A DNA stretch of 64,000 nt from Eledone cirrhosa (taxonomy: Eukaryota): positions 12,772,001 through 12,836,000 of the forward strand of contig OZ024763.1 in assembly GCA_964016885.1 (NCBI GenBank). Direction: 5' to 3'. Below the pieces are notes generated by a model. The model did no database searches, was not told the origin of the DNA, and worked only from the letters and a program-made list of their open reading frames with translations. This document shows, in pieces, positions 47,029 through 61,012 of the stretch. Numbering within the stretch: position 1 is the first letter of the stretch; the number at the start of each line of letters is the position of its first letter. Both the position numbers and the translations under genes were made by a program.

Positions 47029-47080
47029 CATACATGCATACAGACACATACACACACACACATATATATATATACACACG

Positions 47081-47125
<45 letters not shown>

Positions 47126-47187
47126 GCTGTACTACTTTCTTGTATAATGTATATGTTTATATATATATATACATATATATATATGTG

Positions 47188-47328
<141 letters not shown>

Positions 47329-48013
47329 ACTATCTATAATACACTACAAATCCCACACCATTTAAAACTAATCTACAGTATTTCTCTCTCCATCAACTTA
47401 ACGCCAAAACCATATGATTTACCTCCCCTTATATCCTCTCCACACTCTTCCTTCCTCTCTCTCTCTCTCTCTCTCTCCCTTCCTATGTTTTTCCCTTCCT
47501 TTCTCTCTCTTTCTATGTCTTTCTCTCTCTCTCTCTCTCTCGTTCCTTTTCTCTTTCTCTCTCTTTCTCTCTTTCTGTCTCTCCCTTCCTTTACTCTCTT
47601 TCCTCCTTTCTCTCTCTTTCTATGTCTTTTTTTTCTCTCTCTCTCTCCTTCCTGTACTCTCTTTCCTCCTTTCTTCCTTCCTTTCTCTTTCTTCCTATCT
47701 TTTTCTCTCTCGTTCCTTTTCTCTTTCTCCCTTTCTATCTCTTTGTTCCTTTATTGCAATGTTTCTTTCTACGATTCTTTGTCCTTCTCTCTCCCTTCCC
47801 CTCTCTTTTCCTTTGTTTCTCTCTCTCTCTGTCCCTCTTTTCTTTTAATTTTTCTGTCTCTCTATCTCTCTCCTACTATGTTACTTTCTCTCCCTTTTCT
47901 CTTTATTTCACCCTCTTATTTTGACTCTCTCTCTGTCTCTCTCACTCTTCTACATTCTCTTTACTCTTTCCCTCTTACTCTCTCTCTCGCTTTCATTTTA
48001 TTAGTTTCTTTCC

Positions 48014-48048
<35 letters not shown>

Positions 48049-48303
48049 TCCCTCTGTGTCTCTTCCTCTCCCCATCTCCCTCATAACCTTGCCTCTTATT
48101 ACATTGTAGCTCTCAATTGTCCACAAAGATATTTCCTCACTGCCCCCCCCCCTGTCCCCCCCCCTCCTCCCACCTCTCTCGGCAATAAATTTTCGCCCAT
48201 GTCTGTCTTCCTGCAAAACAAATCAATAATTATTCTCTCACATTCAATAATTCGCTCGCCGCAGGAATATATTATTTATACAGAATATGTATGTATATAC
48301 ATA

Positions 48304-48363
<60 letters not shown>

Positions 48364-48364
48364 C

Positions 48365-48409
<45 letters not shown>

Positions 48410-48436
48410 TGTATATACATATATATATATATATAC

Positions 48437-48481
<45 letters not shown>

Positions 48482-48482
48482 C

Positions 48483-48529
<47 letters not shown>

Positions 48530-48556
48530 TGTATATACATATATATATATATATAC

Positions 48557-48653
<97 letters not shown>

Positions 48654-48673
48654 CATATATGTATATATATACA

Positions 48674-48704
<31 letters not shown>

Positions 48705-48713
48705 GCATATATG

Positions 48714-48749
<36 letters not shown>

Positions 48750-48751
48750 CA

Positions 48752-49006
<255 letters not shown>

Positions 49007-49865
49007 ATATGTATATATATATATGTATTATATGTGTGTGTGTGTATATGTATATATATGTGTGTGTGTGTATATGTATATATATATATATATATGTATT
49101 ATATGTGTGTGTGTGTATATGTATATATATATGTATATATATGTGTGTGTGTGTATATGTATATATATATATATGTATTATATGTGTGTATATGTATGTA
49201 TATCAATTACTGATGTTTCCACCATATTGTAATAATTATAATTACACACAATATGGCGGATTTTTATGTACGAGCATGTATATATATATATATGTGTGTA
49301 TAGACACATATATATATATATATACATATATATATGTGTGTATATACATATATATATGTGTGTATATACACACATATATATATGTGTGTGTATATACATA
49401 TGTATGTATATATACACACACATATATATATATATATGTATGTATATACATGTGTATGTATGTATATACATACACACAATATATATATATATATATTTGC
49501 TTTATTTCCATTTACTTTTCACACTGACACAGAGAGAGAGGGAGAGAGAGATACATATATATATAGAGAGAGAAAGAGAGAGACACACTCGCATACAGAG
49601 AGAGAGATAGAGAGACACATGCAGGCACATACAGAGAGGAAGAGAGAGATAGGGAGAGAGAGGGACACATACACACACAGACACATACAAAGAGAGTGAG
49701 AGAGAGAAACATGCAGACACATTGAGAGCGAGAGAGGGAGGGGGAGAACGGAGAGAGGGGGGGACACATACACACAGACAGAGAGAGAGAGAGAGAGAGA
49801 GAAGGAGAGTAGAGAAAGAGAGAGAGAAAGAGAGTAGAGAAAGAGAGAAAGAGAGAGAGAGGGGG

Positions 49866-49946
<81 letters not shown>

Positions 49947-49968
49947 GGAAAGAGAGGGAAAGAGAGAG

Positions 49969-50009
<41 letters not shown>

Positions 50010-50297
50010 GGGAAAGAGAGAGAGAAAGAGAGAGAGAAAGAGAGAAAGAGAGAGAGAAAGAGAGAGAGGGGACACATACACACACATACAGAGACACATA
50101 CAGACATACAGACACACAGACACACACACAGACATAAATATAGATAAATGCTGCTTTAAGACCGGTCACTCTTTACGACCACTTAAACATGATAACGCTC
50201 TCTTGATAAACATTGTTAAACATTTGATGACAATATCATATTATCAAATATCTAATAACTAATTATATTCTCAATGAAAATATCACATGTCACATTT

Positions 50298-50389
<92 letters not shown>

Positions 50390-50469
50390 AATGTAATAGA
50401 ATAGAATAGAATAGAATGAAAATGGCAGCCATTTTTAATGGTGGAGCATTTGTTATCATTATTGTTAGT

Positions 50470-51313
50470 ATCCTCACGGGGTCGATAAAATAAAGTACCA
50501 GTAATTGCTGGCCTTGTGCCTAAAGTAGAAACAATTATTGTTAGTAATACGGGGTCGATAAAATAAAGTACCAGTAATGTACTGGGTAATTGCTGGCCTT
50601 GTGCCTAAAGTAGAAACAATTATTGTTAGTATTGTTAGGGCGGTGGGTTGACAGAATCGGTAGAGGGTCGGACGCCATGCTTTGCAGCATATAGTTACGG
50701 TCCCTTATGATCTGAGTCCAAATCCAGCCGAGGTTAACTTTGCCTTTCATCCTTACGGGGGTCGATAAAATAAAGTACGAGTTACGCGCTGGGGTCAATT
50801 TAATCGACTTTCCCCCTCCCCAAAATTGCTGGCCTTGTGCCTATATAAGAAACCATTATTGCGGATTGGCAGAATCGGTAGAGGGTCGGACGCCATGCTT
50901 TGCAGCAAAGAGTTACGGCCCTTTATGTCAGTGCAGGGTCGGACGCCATGCTTTGCAGCAAAGAGTTACGGCCCTTTATGTCGGTAGATGGTCGGACGCC
51001 ATGCTTTGCAGCAAAGAGTTACGGCCCTTTATGTCAGTAGAGGGTCGGACGCCATGCTTTGCAGCAAAGAGTTACGGCCCTTTATGTCAGTAGAGGGTCG
51101 GACGCCATGCTTTGCAGCAAAGAGTTACGGCCCTTTATGTCTGTAGAGGGTCGGACGCCATGCTTTACAGCAAAGAGTTACGGCTCCTTTATGGTCTGAG
51201 TTCAAATCCCGCCGCGGTTAACTTTGCCTTTCATCCTTACGGGGTCGATAAAATAAAGTACCAGTAATGTACTGGTTTATTGCTGGCCTTGTGCCAAAAG
51301 TAGAAACAATTAT
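50470..51313 (+). mobile_element. Cluster of SINE S1 copies and tails, including 6 x 53-bp internal tandem duplication
   Basis: Four 'ggggtcgataaaataaagtac' tails; unit 'agggtcggacgccatgctttgcagcaaagagttacggccctttatgtc' at about 50881-51190. Confidence 0.88.
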
Positions 51314-51403
51314 TTTGCTTCTGCATATCGTGTTTATTATTGCTTCTGTAGTTTAGTATTGCTATATAATTGATACAGCTACATATCTCCTGTAAGTGAA
51401 TAG

Positions 51404-51736
51404 GCGGAGTCGTTAGAATGTCGGATAGAATGTTTTATGGTATTTATTCCGGCTTTCATGCTCTCTAAGATCAAATCCCGCCAAGGTCAACTTTGCCTTT
51501 CATCCATTGAAGGTCGATAAAACAAGTACAAAGTACCAGTCTAGCACTCTGAGGTGAATTCTTCCTCTATATCTCTTTCTCAATTCCTCTATATCTCTTT
51601 CTCAATTCCTCTCTCTTACTTTCTATCTTTCTCTGGAAGAAACTGCTGTATTAAGGCCTGGAGAGGGATGGCTCCACCAGGCTTTAAATAAAATGTCCAA
51701 GAAACGCCGTATACCAATACGGCGCTCCTACGACTC
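51404..51736 (+). mobile_element. SINE S1 variant with 3' extension (paralog of 9659-10262)
   Basis: Shares 'tgctgtatt.aggc.tggaga...ccaaga.acgccgtat..caatacg...ctacgactc' with 10170-10262. Confidence 0.75.
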
Positions 51737-52112
51737 TATCAGGAGTTACGGGACCTTATATATATGTTATGTATTTATATATAATTCATGTAGTTGTATA
51801 GAATGTACGTGGCTATATAATCTACCTAGCTATATATTTCATGTATTTATGTATAATGTATGTAACTGTATTAAATTTACGTGGATATATAACTGAATTG
51901 TTTTATAGCTGTATATAATATATATTGCTATATATAATTCATGTGGATATATAAGCCATGTTATATATATAACATGTATGCCTATATAATTTACGTGGCT
52001 ATATATAATTCATGTTATATATATAACATGTATGCCTATATAATTTACGTGGTTATATATAACCCGTGTGAATATATAAAAGTCATGTTACATCTAATAT
52101 ATAAGCCTATAT

Positions 52113-52817
52113 AATGGGCGACACATGTGTGTCTGAGGGCCCCCCGAGGGTCACATGGGTCACACGTGTGTCTGAGCCCCCCTCCCCTCCCCGTTTGCCA
52201 CATGGATGACACATGTGTGCCTGAGGGCCGCCCCGAGGGCCAACATGGGTCACACATGTCAAACTTAGGGCCGCCCGAGGGCCACATGTGTCACACACGT
52301 GTGTGTCTGAGGGCCGCCCCGAGGGCCACATGGGTGACACATGTCAAACTGAGGGCCCCCACCCCCTCCCCGAGGGCCCCACACGACAACTAATTTTTTA
52401 TTTATTTTATATTACGAAGATAAAACATGCTCGCGCTGTTAAAACCTTTGTGCGGGCCGCAGGTGTGCTTGTAGAGGGCTGCATGTGACCCGCGGGACGC
52501 GGGTGTGCTTGTAGAGGGCTGCATGTGACCCGCGGGACGCGGGTGTGCTTGTAGAGGGCTACATGTGACCCGCGGGCCGCGGGTGTGCTTGTAGAGGGCT
52601 ACATGTGACCCGCGGGCCGCAGGTGTGCTTGTAGAGGGCTACATGTGACCCGCGGGCCGCCGGTGTGCTTGTAGAGGGCTACATGTGACCCGCGGGCCGC
52701 AGGTGTGCTTGTAGAGGGTACATGTGACCCGCGGGCCGCAGGTGTGCTTGTAGAGGGCTACATGTGACCCGCGGGCCGCAGGTGTGCTTGTAAAGGGCCG
52801 CATATTTCACATGCCTG
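52113..52817. mobile_element. GC-rich hAT-like MITE with internal tandem amplification (about 9 x 40 bp at 52452-52800)
   Basis: Unit gcgggccgcaggtgtgcttgtagagggctacatgtgaccc; end '..ggccgcatatttcacatgcctg'; flanks gcctatat / gtctatat. Confidence 0.6.
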
Positions 52818-53416
52818 GTCTATATAATTTACATGGCTATCTTTATCTCTTCCTCTCTCTCACATATCCCCCCCCCTGTTTACCCTCATTAGCAACCTCT
52901 ATCTCTCTCTTTCCTCTGTTTCTTCCCCTTTCTCACACTTCCCCCTCTCTACCCTCCTCAATGACCTCTAACGCTCTTCCACCCACCCTCTCTCTCTCTT
53001 CCTTTCTCTCACACTTCCCTCTCTCTATCCTCCCCAATCACCTCTATCTAACTCTCTCTTCCCTCCTCATCCCATCACCTCTCTCTCCCACCCCCCTCTC
53101 TCTCTTCCTCCTCTCTACCCTCCCCAATCACCTCGATCTCTCTCTCCTCCCTCTCTTCCATTTTCTCACACTTTCTCCTCTCTAACCCCCCCCCCCCCCC
53201 CGCCGACCAATCACACCCCCACCCCACCCCATCTCTTTTAATGACATCACTTAATGACTTATATTACAAAACAAAAAGTGATTTATGACCGGAAATATAT
53301 TTTCTATGGCGGAAGTTAACATTTTAAAACTAATTTCTTCCTTTAACGACATCCACTTGTTGTGTTAACCTCACTTCATATATTTTACCCGGTCACAGAT
53401 GGAACAGAGAACATCA

Positions 53417-54065
53417 TTAACCCTTTCATTATCATATTTCTAATGGAATACAACACATTTCAATTAATAGGAGGGATTTACAGGGTTTTAATATAAATAG
53501 GACCACTTTAAATCTTTCATTACCACATTTCTAATGAAGACGCTCTAATTAGACTGATTAATGAAGAATTTAGAGGAATTTTTTCGGAGGGGGGTTAATA
53601 TAAATAAGACCACTCTAAATCTTTCATTACTACATCTCTAATGAATACGCTCTAATTAGACTAATTAATGAAGAATTTGGAGGAATTTGGGGGGGGGGGG
53701 TAATATAAATAAGACCACTTTAACTCTTTAGCATTTACATTATTCTATATTTACTATTATATTTTCACAGTAAAGGGTTTATCTCACACAAATATCGAAT
53801 CTATGAGATTTTGATATTATTTATTTTGAGAACAATACCTTAACATCACTATGAGTGACCGGTTATGGCCGGTTTGAATAGAAGGAGGTGAGAGAATTCT
53901 GGCCGGATACGGCCGGTTTAAATGCTAAAGGGTTAAATCTTTCATTACCACATTTCTAATAAATACGCTCTATTTAGATTAATTAATAAACAATTTGGAA
54001 GAATTTAGGGGGTTTTAATATAAAATAGAACCACTTTACCTCTTTCATTGCCACATGTCCAATGA
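53417..54065. repeat. About 105-110 bp diverged tandem repeat, 4-5 units
   Basis: Recurring 'gaccactttaaatctttcattaccacatttctaatgaa..cgctctaattagact'. Confidence 0.8.
53724..53932. mobile_element. piggyBac-type MITE
   Basis: TTAA at 53720-53723 and 53933-53936; TIR ctctttagcattta / taaatgctaaaggg; neighbouring repeat units show the empty site ccactttaaatcttt. Confidence 0.85.
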
Positions 54066-54298
54066 GTGCTTGAATCCGTACCCCATCCACTTACCGAGTG
54101 GGGTGGAACTCGTCAGGTTTTATTTTAATGTACCCGCCACAACCCCGCCACAACTACAGGAATAAAGACACAAACATCCAGTGTGTTAGATACTGAGAAG
54201 GGAGAAGCATATGACAGAGAGAACCTAATTCAAGGAGAGAGAAGACGACGATCGATGTTGCTTTTGAATATATATATATATATATACACACACACACG

Positions 54299-54351
<53 letters not shown>

Positions 54352-54354
<3 letters not shown>

Positions 54355-54688
54355 GTTGTGAGTTCAATTCTCAAACCGGGTGATGTGTTGTTTCCTTGAG
54401 CAAGACACTTTATTTCACATTGCTCCAGTTTACTCAGCTGTAGAAATGAGATGATAGGGACTGGGGTCCTTATCATTCCACTGTAAAGTGGTCGTGTAGG
54501 CGCCACGGCAAAAAAAGCACCCAGCCCACACTGTAAAGTGGACGTGTAGGCGCCACGGCAAAAAAGCACCCACCACTCACTGTAAATGAGGTTGGTGTTA
54601 GGAAGGGCATCCAGCTGTAGAAATCAAGCCAGAATCAGTTCCCGTCCCACCCTTGCAAGCAGGAAAAAGCGGACTTAAAATGATAAAA

Positions 54689-54692
<4 letters not shown>
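54352..54692 (+). mobile_element. Second SINE family (S2), 5'-truncated, with LINE-like 3' tail
   Basis: B box gagttcaattc, 'ccttgagcaagacacttta', tail 'cccttgcaagcaggaaaaagcggacttaaaatgat' shared with 3085-3142 and 3400-3443. Confidence 0.7.
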
Positions 54693-54768
<76 letters not shown>

Positions 54769-55105
54769 TCAGCGAGAATCGCATTTCGGCAGGCAGAAAA
54801 AGCGAAACGTAACGCAAATTCCGAGTCATGGTGGCAAGCGCTCCATGGGCTAAAATAGACCAGAGCAATAAACATAGGTTATAAAGGCCATACAAACTGA
54901 GTAGGGGGTCAAGAAGCCATTAACCACCTAAGCCAAAAAAACAAGTCAAGCTAAACAGGTCAGAGAAAATATATTCATATATATATATATATATATATAT
55001 ATACAAATACACATATATATATATATAACATGTCTAATGGTAGCTAAGATGCTTCCATAGGTGGTATGCCGGTTGAGCACTCTATGCTCTTACAGAGCAG
55101 AGTAT

Positions 55106-55356
55106 TATAGAATGGAAAACGAAAAATCAGTGATGCATCGGAACTCAATGTATTGTGTGTTACAATTGTTTCCCCGACGGACAGTTCGATGTGCGATCCG
55201 TGTGTGGATCTACATGACTCTAGACTCGCAGGTTCCATGGACACGTCTATTGATTTCGGATCATGAGGACATGATCCGAAATCAATAGACGTGTCCGAGG
55301 AATCTACAATAAATTGAGTTCCGATGCATCACTGATTTTTCGTTTTCCATTCTATA
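55106..55356. repeat. Nested inverted repeats (44-bp outer arms, 27-bp inner arms)
   Basis: 55106-55149 pairs with 55313-55356; 55239-55265 pairs with 55270-55296. Confidence 0.9.
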
Positions 55357-55374
55357 TATATATATATATATATT

Positions 55375-55802
55375 CTAGGGCGGGTAAAATTCCCGAGATC
55401 TATGGACGAGTTCTCTCCAGCGGTCTCTGTCCCTCATTATCGCTACCATGTCCTGCGTCTCCAACAGACTAGTGTCTGTCCTTAGGGCATCAACATATGT
55501 TAACCTTGGTCTTCCTCTTCCAGTGTGTCCATGTAGGGGCTCCCACAGGAGCACTGAGTTCAATGTCAACTCTGGATGTCGGTGAGCATGTCCAGCTAAC
55601 CCCAGTCTCCCCTGTGACACTTTTGAGCTGACGTTTGGGAGGCCCCCATACAGCTCTGAGTTTTTCATCCTCAGTGTATACTGATTAATGTTCAGAGCTA
55701 TCCTCAGCATTCTCGTGTAGCACCCATCCACCATCTGAGTGAGTTTCTTGGTCAGTGTCCAAGTCTCAGACCCGTACAGCAGCACAGACTTCACTACAGC
55801 AA
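55375..55802 (-). pseudogene. RTE-clade LINE ORF C-terminal fragment, frame still open
   Basis: 'VKSVLLYGSETWTLTKK..DGCYTRMLRIAL..LAGHAHRH..VLLWEP.HG..GRGRPRLTYVD..MRDRDRWRELV'. Confidence 0.9.
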
Positions 55803-57030
55803 TATATATATACATATATATATAAAAGATGAAATCGAAAATGCAACTGGAGTCTTTTTAAGAATATTTATTTGTTTCCTTTACCGGTTTCACAGTTCTT
55901 ATGCTTTTCAAAAGGGAAAGGCAAGGGATTTAGGTTTCACAGAAGAATTGGGGCTGTTGGGGAACATGTTAATTTACACCAAACAAGGAAATAAAGCCAC
56001 TAAAATGCAAGGTTTTACTGAGGAGGGAGAAGAACAAGACATAAAGAACATAATTCTAGGAGAAAGATGAGGATTGATGTTGCTTTTAAATATTTGCAAA
56101 TTGTAGTGGTGAGGATAGCAAGGAGCTTGTAGGGGATTCCATAGACGTAATTTTCGTCAAATGCCGCCGCATGAATAGTTTTAAAATTGTGTTTAGTTTA
56201 AAATTACCGGGGATTGTCCGGCCGCCGTCGAGACCTCAGCAGTACTTGGACCCCGTACTGCCGAGCCTCTCCGCAAGATCGGAACGTCAGCAGCCTGCCT
56301 GAGGAGGGAGCCCCCACGAGGTGGGCTGGCTGTTGCAGCGGGCGCCCATGGGAATGCTTTTGCGATCTTGTCCGCAGGGCGCAGCTCCAATACCGCCGCA
56401 CCCTAGATCTAGAGCCCGCCACCGTTCCCCAACACCCCCGATTCTTCTGTGACCCTAGATCCCTTGCTTTTTCTTTCTTTTTCCGTTTTCATAACCACAA
56501 AAGACACTTGCATTTTCTTTTTAGAATAAAACCTGTAATGTATTACCTTGTTTAAAAATTATGCCTATAAAATTATGTTGGAAAACTTGAATTTAAATAG
56601 GAGCCCTTTGAAACAGGCGGTAGGGTGTGGTTGACAATACATTATGTCCTTCATCCTTACGGGGTCGATAACATAAAGTACCAGTAATGCACTGGGGTAA
56701 TTGCTGGCCTTGTACCAAAAATAGAAACAATTATATTTCGTATAATAAATGGGAGGAAATAAAAATTAAATGTTCCAAAAAAGGAGGTATGGGAGGAGAC
56801 TCTAGACCTCTACCTAGGTGGTATTTATCAGCTGCACCCCACGGACAAGATGACAAAAGTATTGCTGCAGAGAACAGCCTGCGACACCCGCTGTATCAGC
56901 CACTCCACCTCACGGGGCTTCTTCCTCAAGCAGGATGCAGCCCTACCGAGGAGGACAGCAGGGGGTCTCGGCAGCGATTGAAACGAAAAAAAAGCGGTCG
57001 GTCATGTCTGGGTATTGGGGTATATGCCGC

Positions 57031-58985
57031 AGTTGTTGTTGTTGTTGTGAGGTTGGTGTTTGTTGGAGATAGCACTGTTGTTGTTGTTGTTGTTGTGAGG
57101 TTGGTGTTTGTGGGAGATAGCACTGTTGTTGTTGTTGTGAGGTTGGTCTTTGCTAGAGATAGCACTGTTGTTGTTGTTGTTGTTGTGAGGTTGGTGTTTG
57201 TGGGAGATAGCACTGTTGTTGTTGTTGTGAGGTTGGTCTTTGCTAGAGATAGCACTGTTGTTGTTGTTGTTGTTGTGAGGTTGGTGTTTGTGGGAGATAG
57301 CACTGTTGTTGTTGTTGTGAGGTTGGTCTTTGCTAGAGATAGCACTGTTGTTGTTGTTGTTGTTGTGAGGTTGGTGTTTGTGGGAGATAGCACTGTTGTT
57401 GTTGTTGTGAGGTTGGTCTTTGCTAGAGATAGCACTGTTGTTGTTGTTGTTGTTGTTGTGAGGTTGGTGTTTGTGGGAGATAGCACTGTTGTTGTTGTGA
57501 GGTTGGTCTTTGCTAGAGATAGCACTGTTGTTGTTGTTGTTGTTGTTGTGAGGTTGGTGTTTGTGGGAGATAGCACTGTTGTTGTTGTGAGGTTGGTCTT
57601 TGCTAGAGATAGCACTGTTGTTGTTGTTGTTGTTGTTGTGAGGTTGGTGTTTGTGGGAGATAGCACTGTTGTTGTTGTGAGGTTGGTCTTTGCTAGAGAT
57701 AGCACTGTTGTTGTTGTTGTTGTTGTGAGGTTGGTGTTTGTGGGAGATAGCACTGTTGTTGTTGTGAGGTTGGTCTTTGCTAGAGATAGCACTGTTGTTG
57801 TTGTTGTTGTTGTTGTGAGGTTGGTGTTTGTGGGAGATAGCACTGTTGTTGTGAGGTTGGTCTTTGCTAGAGATAGCACTGTTGTTGTTGTTGTTGTTGT
57901 TGTGAGGTTGGTGTTTGTGGGAGATAGCACTGTTGTTGTTGTGAGGTTGGTCTTTGCTAGAGATAGCACTGTTGTTGTTGTTGTTGTTGTGAGGTTGGTG
58001 TTTGTGGGAGATAGCACTGTTGTTGTTGTGAGGTTGGTTTTTGCTAGAGATAGCACTGTTGTTGTTGTTGTTGTTGTTGTGAGGTTGGTGTTTGTGGGAG
58101 ATAGCACTGTTGTTGTTGTGAGGTTGGTCTTTGCTAGAGATAGCACTGTTGTTGTTGTTGTTGTTGTGAGGTTGGTGTTTGTGGGAGATAGCACTGTTGT
58201 TGTTGTGAGGTTGGTTTTTGCTAGAGATAGCACTGTTGTTGTTGTTGTTGTTGTTGTGAGGTTGGTGTTTGTGGGAGATAGCACTGTTGTTATTGTGAGG
58301 TTGGTCTTTGCTAGAGATAGCACTGTTGTTGTTGTTGTTGTTGTGAGGTTGGTGTTTGTGGGAGATAGCACTGTTGTTGTTGTGAGGTTGGTTTTTGCTA
58401 GAGATAGCACTGTTGTTGTTGTTGTTGTTGTGAGGTTGGTGTTTGTGGGAGATAGCACTGTTGTTGTTGTTGTGAGGTTGGTGTTTGTGGGAGATAGCAC
58501 TGTTGTTGTTGTTGTTGTTGTTGTGAGGTTGGTGTTTGTGGGAGATAGCACTGTTGTTGTTGTTGTGAGGTTGGTCTTTGCTAGAGATAGCACTGTTGTT
58601 GTTGTTGTTGTTGTTGTGAGGTTGGTGTTTGTGGGAGATAGCACTGTTGTTGTTGTTGTGAGGTTGGTCTTTGCTAGAGATAGCACTGTTGTTGTTGTTG
58701 TTGTTGTTGTTGTGAGGTTGGTGTTTGTGGGAGATAGCACTGTTGTTGTTGTTGTTGTTGTTGTGAGGTTGGTGTTTGTGGGAGATAGCACTGTTGTTGT
58801 TGTGAGGTTGGTCTTTGCTAGAGATAGCACTGTTGTTGTTGTTGTTGTTGTGAGGTTGGTGTTTGTGGGAGATAGCACTGTTGTTGTTGTTGTGAGGTTG
58901 GTCTTTGCTAGAGATAGCACTGTTGTTGTTGTTGTTGTTGTGAGGTTGGTGTTTGTGGGAGATAGCACTGTTGTTGTTGTTGTTG
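57031..58985. repeat. Higher-order minisatellite: 30-bp core in two alternating variants plus (GTT)n
   Basis: gtgaggttggtgtttgtgggagatagcact and gtgaggttggtctttgctagagatagcact alternate, separated by variable GTT runs. Confidence 0.95.
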
Positions 58986-59121
58986 TAAGCAGTTATATAT
59001 TTATATGACTGTTGTTGTTGTAGTTGTTGTAACTGATTTATTCAAGGGTTTAAGAAAACTCCAGCTGAGAAGAGCGCTATGTCGTGTAATTAGAAATACC
59101 TAGACGAAGTACATGTACACC

Positions 59122-59155
<34 letters not shown>

Positions 59156-59305
59156 AATACACATATATATATACATATATACACATATATATATATACAC
59201 ACACACACACATATATATATATAAATACACATATATATATACATATATACACATATATATATATACACACACACACACATATATATATATTACAGATATA
59301 TATAT

Positions 59306-59352
<47 letters not shown>

Positions 59353-60407
59353 TATATATATATTACAGATATATATACACACATACAAACATACTTAAAA
59401 GGAATACCGAAAATAATAAGATAAGCAAAATCTAGAATAACAAAAGGGTCATGTGTGTGTGGCTGTGTGTGAGGGTGTGTGTGTGTGTGTGGCTATGTGT
59501 GTGCGTGGCTATGTGTGTGTGCGTGGCTGTATGTGAGTGGCTGTCAGTGTGTGTGTGGATATGTGTGTGTGTGGCTATGTATGTGTGTGGCTATGTGTGT
59601 GCGTGGCTATGTGTGTGTGTGTGACTATGTGTGTGTGGCTATGTATGTGCGTGGCTATGTGCGTGTGTGGCTATGTATGTGTGTGGCTATGTGTGTGTGT
59701 GGCTATGTGTGTGTGTGGCTATGTATGTGTGTGGCTATGTATGTGTGTGGCTATGTGTGTGTGTGGCTATGTGTGTATGTGTGTGGCTATGTACGTGTGT
59801 GGCTGTGTGTGGCTATGTGTGTATGTGTGTGGCTATGTGTGTGCTGTATGCATGTGTTTATGTATGGTGGGTGTTTGTGTGTGTATGCGGCTGTGCATAC
59901 GAGGTTGTGTGTGTGTGTGTTTGTGTGTGTGTGTATGTGTGTATGTGTGTGCCAGCGTGTGTATGGCTGCGTATAGCTATGTGGTTGTGTGTAAGTGGGA
60001 GCTTGTGCGTGTGTCTATGTGTGGTTATATGTGAATATGAGTTTATGTGTACGTGTGTATGTGTACATGTGATTGTGTGTGTATGTGTGTGTGCGAATGT
60101 GATTTTAAGTGTACGTGTGTATGTGTGTGTGTGTGAATATGAGTTTATGTGTACGTGTGTATGTGTACATGTGATTGTGTGTGTATGTGTGTATGTGTGA
60201 ATGTGAGTTTAAGTGTACGTGTGTATGTGTACATGTGATTGTGTGTGTATGTGTGTGTGTGTGAATGTGAGTTTAAGTGTACGTGTGTATGTGTACATGT
60301 GATTGTGTGTGTATGTGTGAATATGAGTTTATGTGTACGTGTGTATGTGTACATGTGATTGTGTGTGTATGTGTGTATGTGTGTACGTGCGTATGTGTGT
60401 ACATAAA

Positions 60408-60540
60408 GGGGTGTGGTTTAGTGGTAAGACTGTTCAACTCACGTTCGTAAGGTTGTGAGTTCGTGTCGCGACCTTGAGCAAGGCTCTTAACTTAACGTTG
60501 CCCCACTCCACTCATCATCTAGCAAAAATGAGTTGTACTT
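60408..60540 (+). mobile_element. tRNA-derived SINE head (S2-like)
   Basis: A box tggtttagtggtaag, B box gagttcgtgtc, then 'ccttgagcaaggctcttaac' as in 54395. Confidence 0.7.
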
Positions 60541-60963
60541 TGACTCAAAAGGTACACATGACTACAGAATGCTCAGCCACTTCCATGTTAATTGACGTAC
60601 AGGCTACTGTCTTGATCGAACAGCTGAATACTCCTCCACAGCACCGACGGAGGTCCGACAAACACACACACACACACACACACAAGCATACATGCATGCA
60701 TACATACACACATGCACACACACAAACACACAGCACAGAAAGTAAACGAATAAACAACACAGGAAAACAATACAGTACAATGAAGATATACATATATTAG
60801 TTTAACGCTTGATATAGTAGAAATAAAAAGAGTCTTAACGTTTCGGGCACTAGTCCTTCATTACAAGATAAAATAGGAAGTAAAGTAGATAGATAGAGAG
60901 AGGAAGGGCCGGGAATTATATATCTATATTATAAATATATATATATATAAGTATTAAAGTGCT

Positions 60964-61012
<49 letters not shown>

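Noticed and set aside
56193-56555. GC-rich overlapping ORFs as a host exon
   Set aside because: No recognisable domain; lies between inverted repeat arms, so more likely mobile-element DNA
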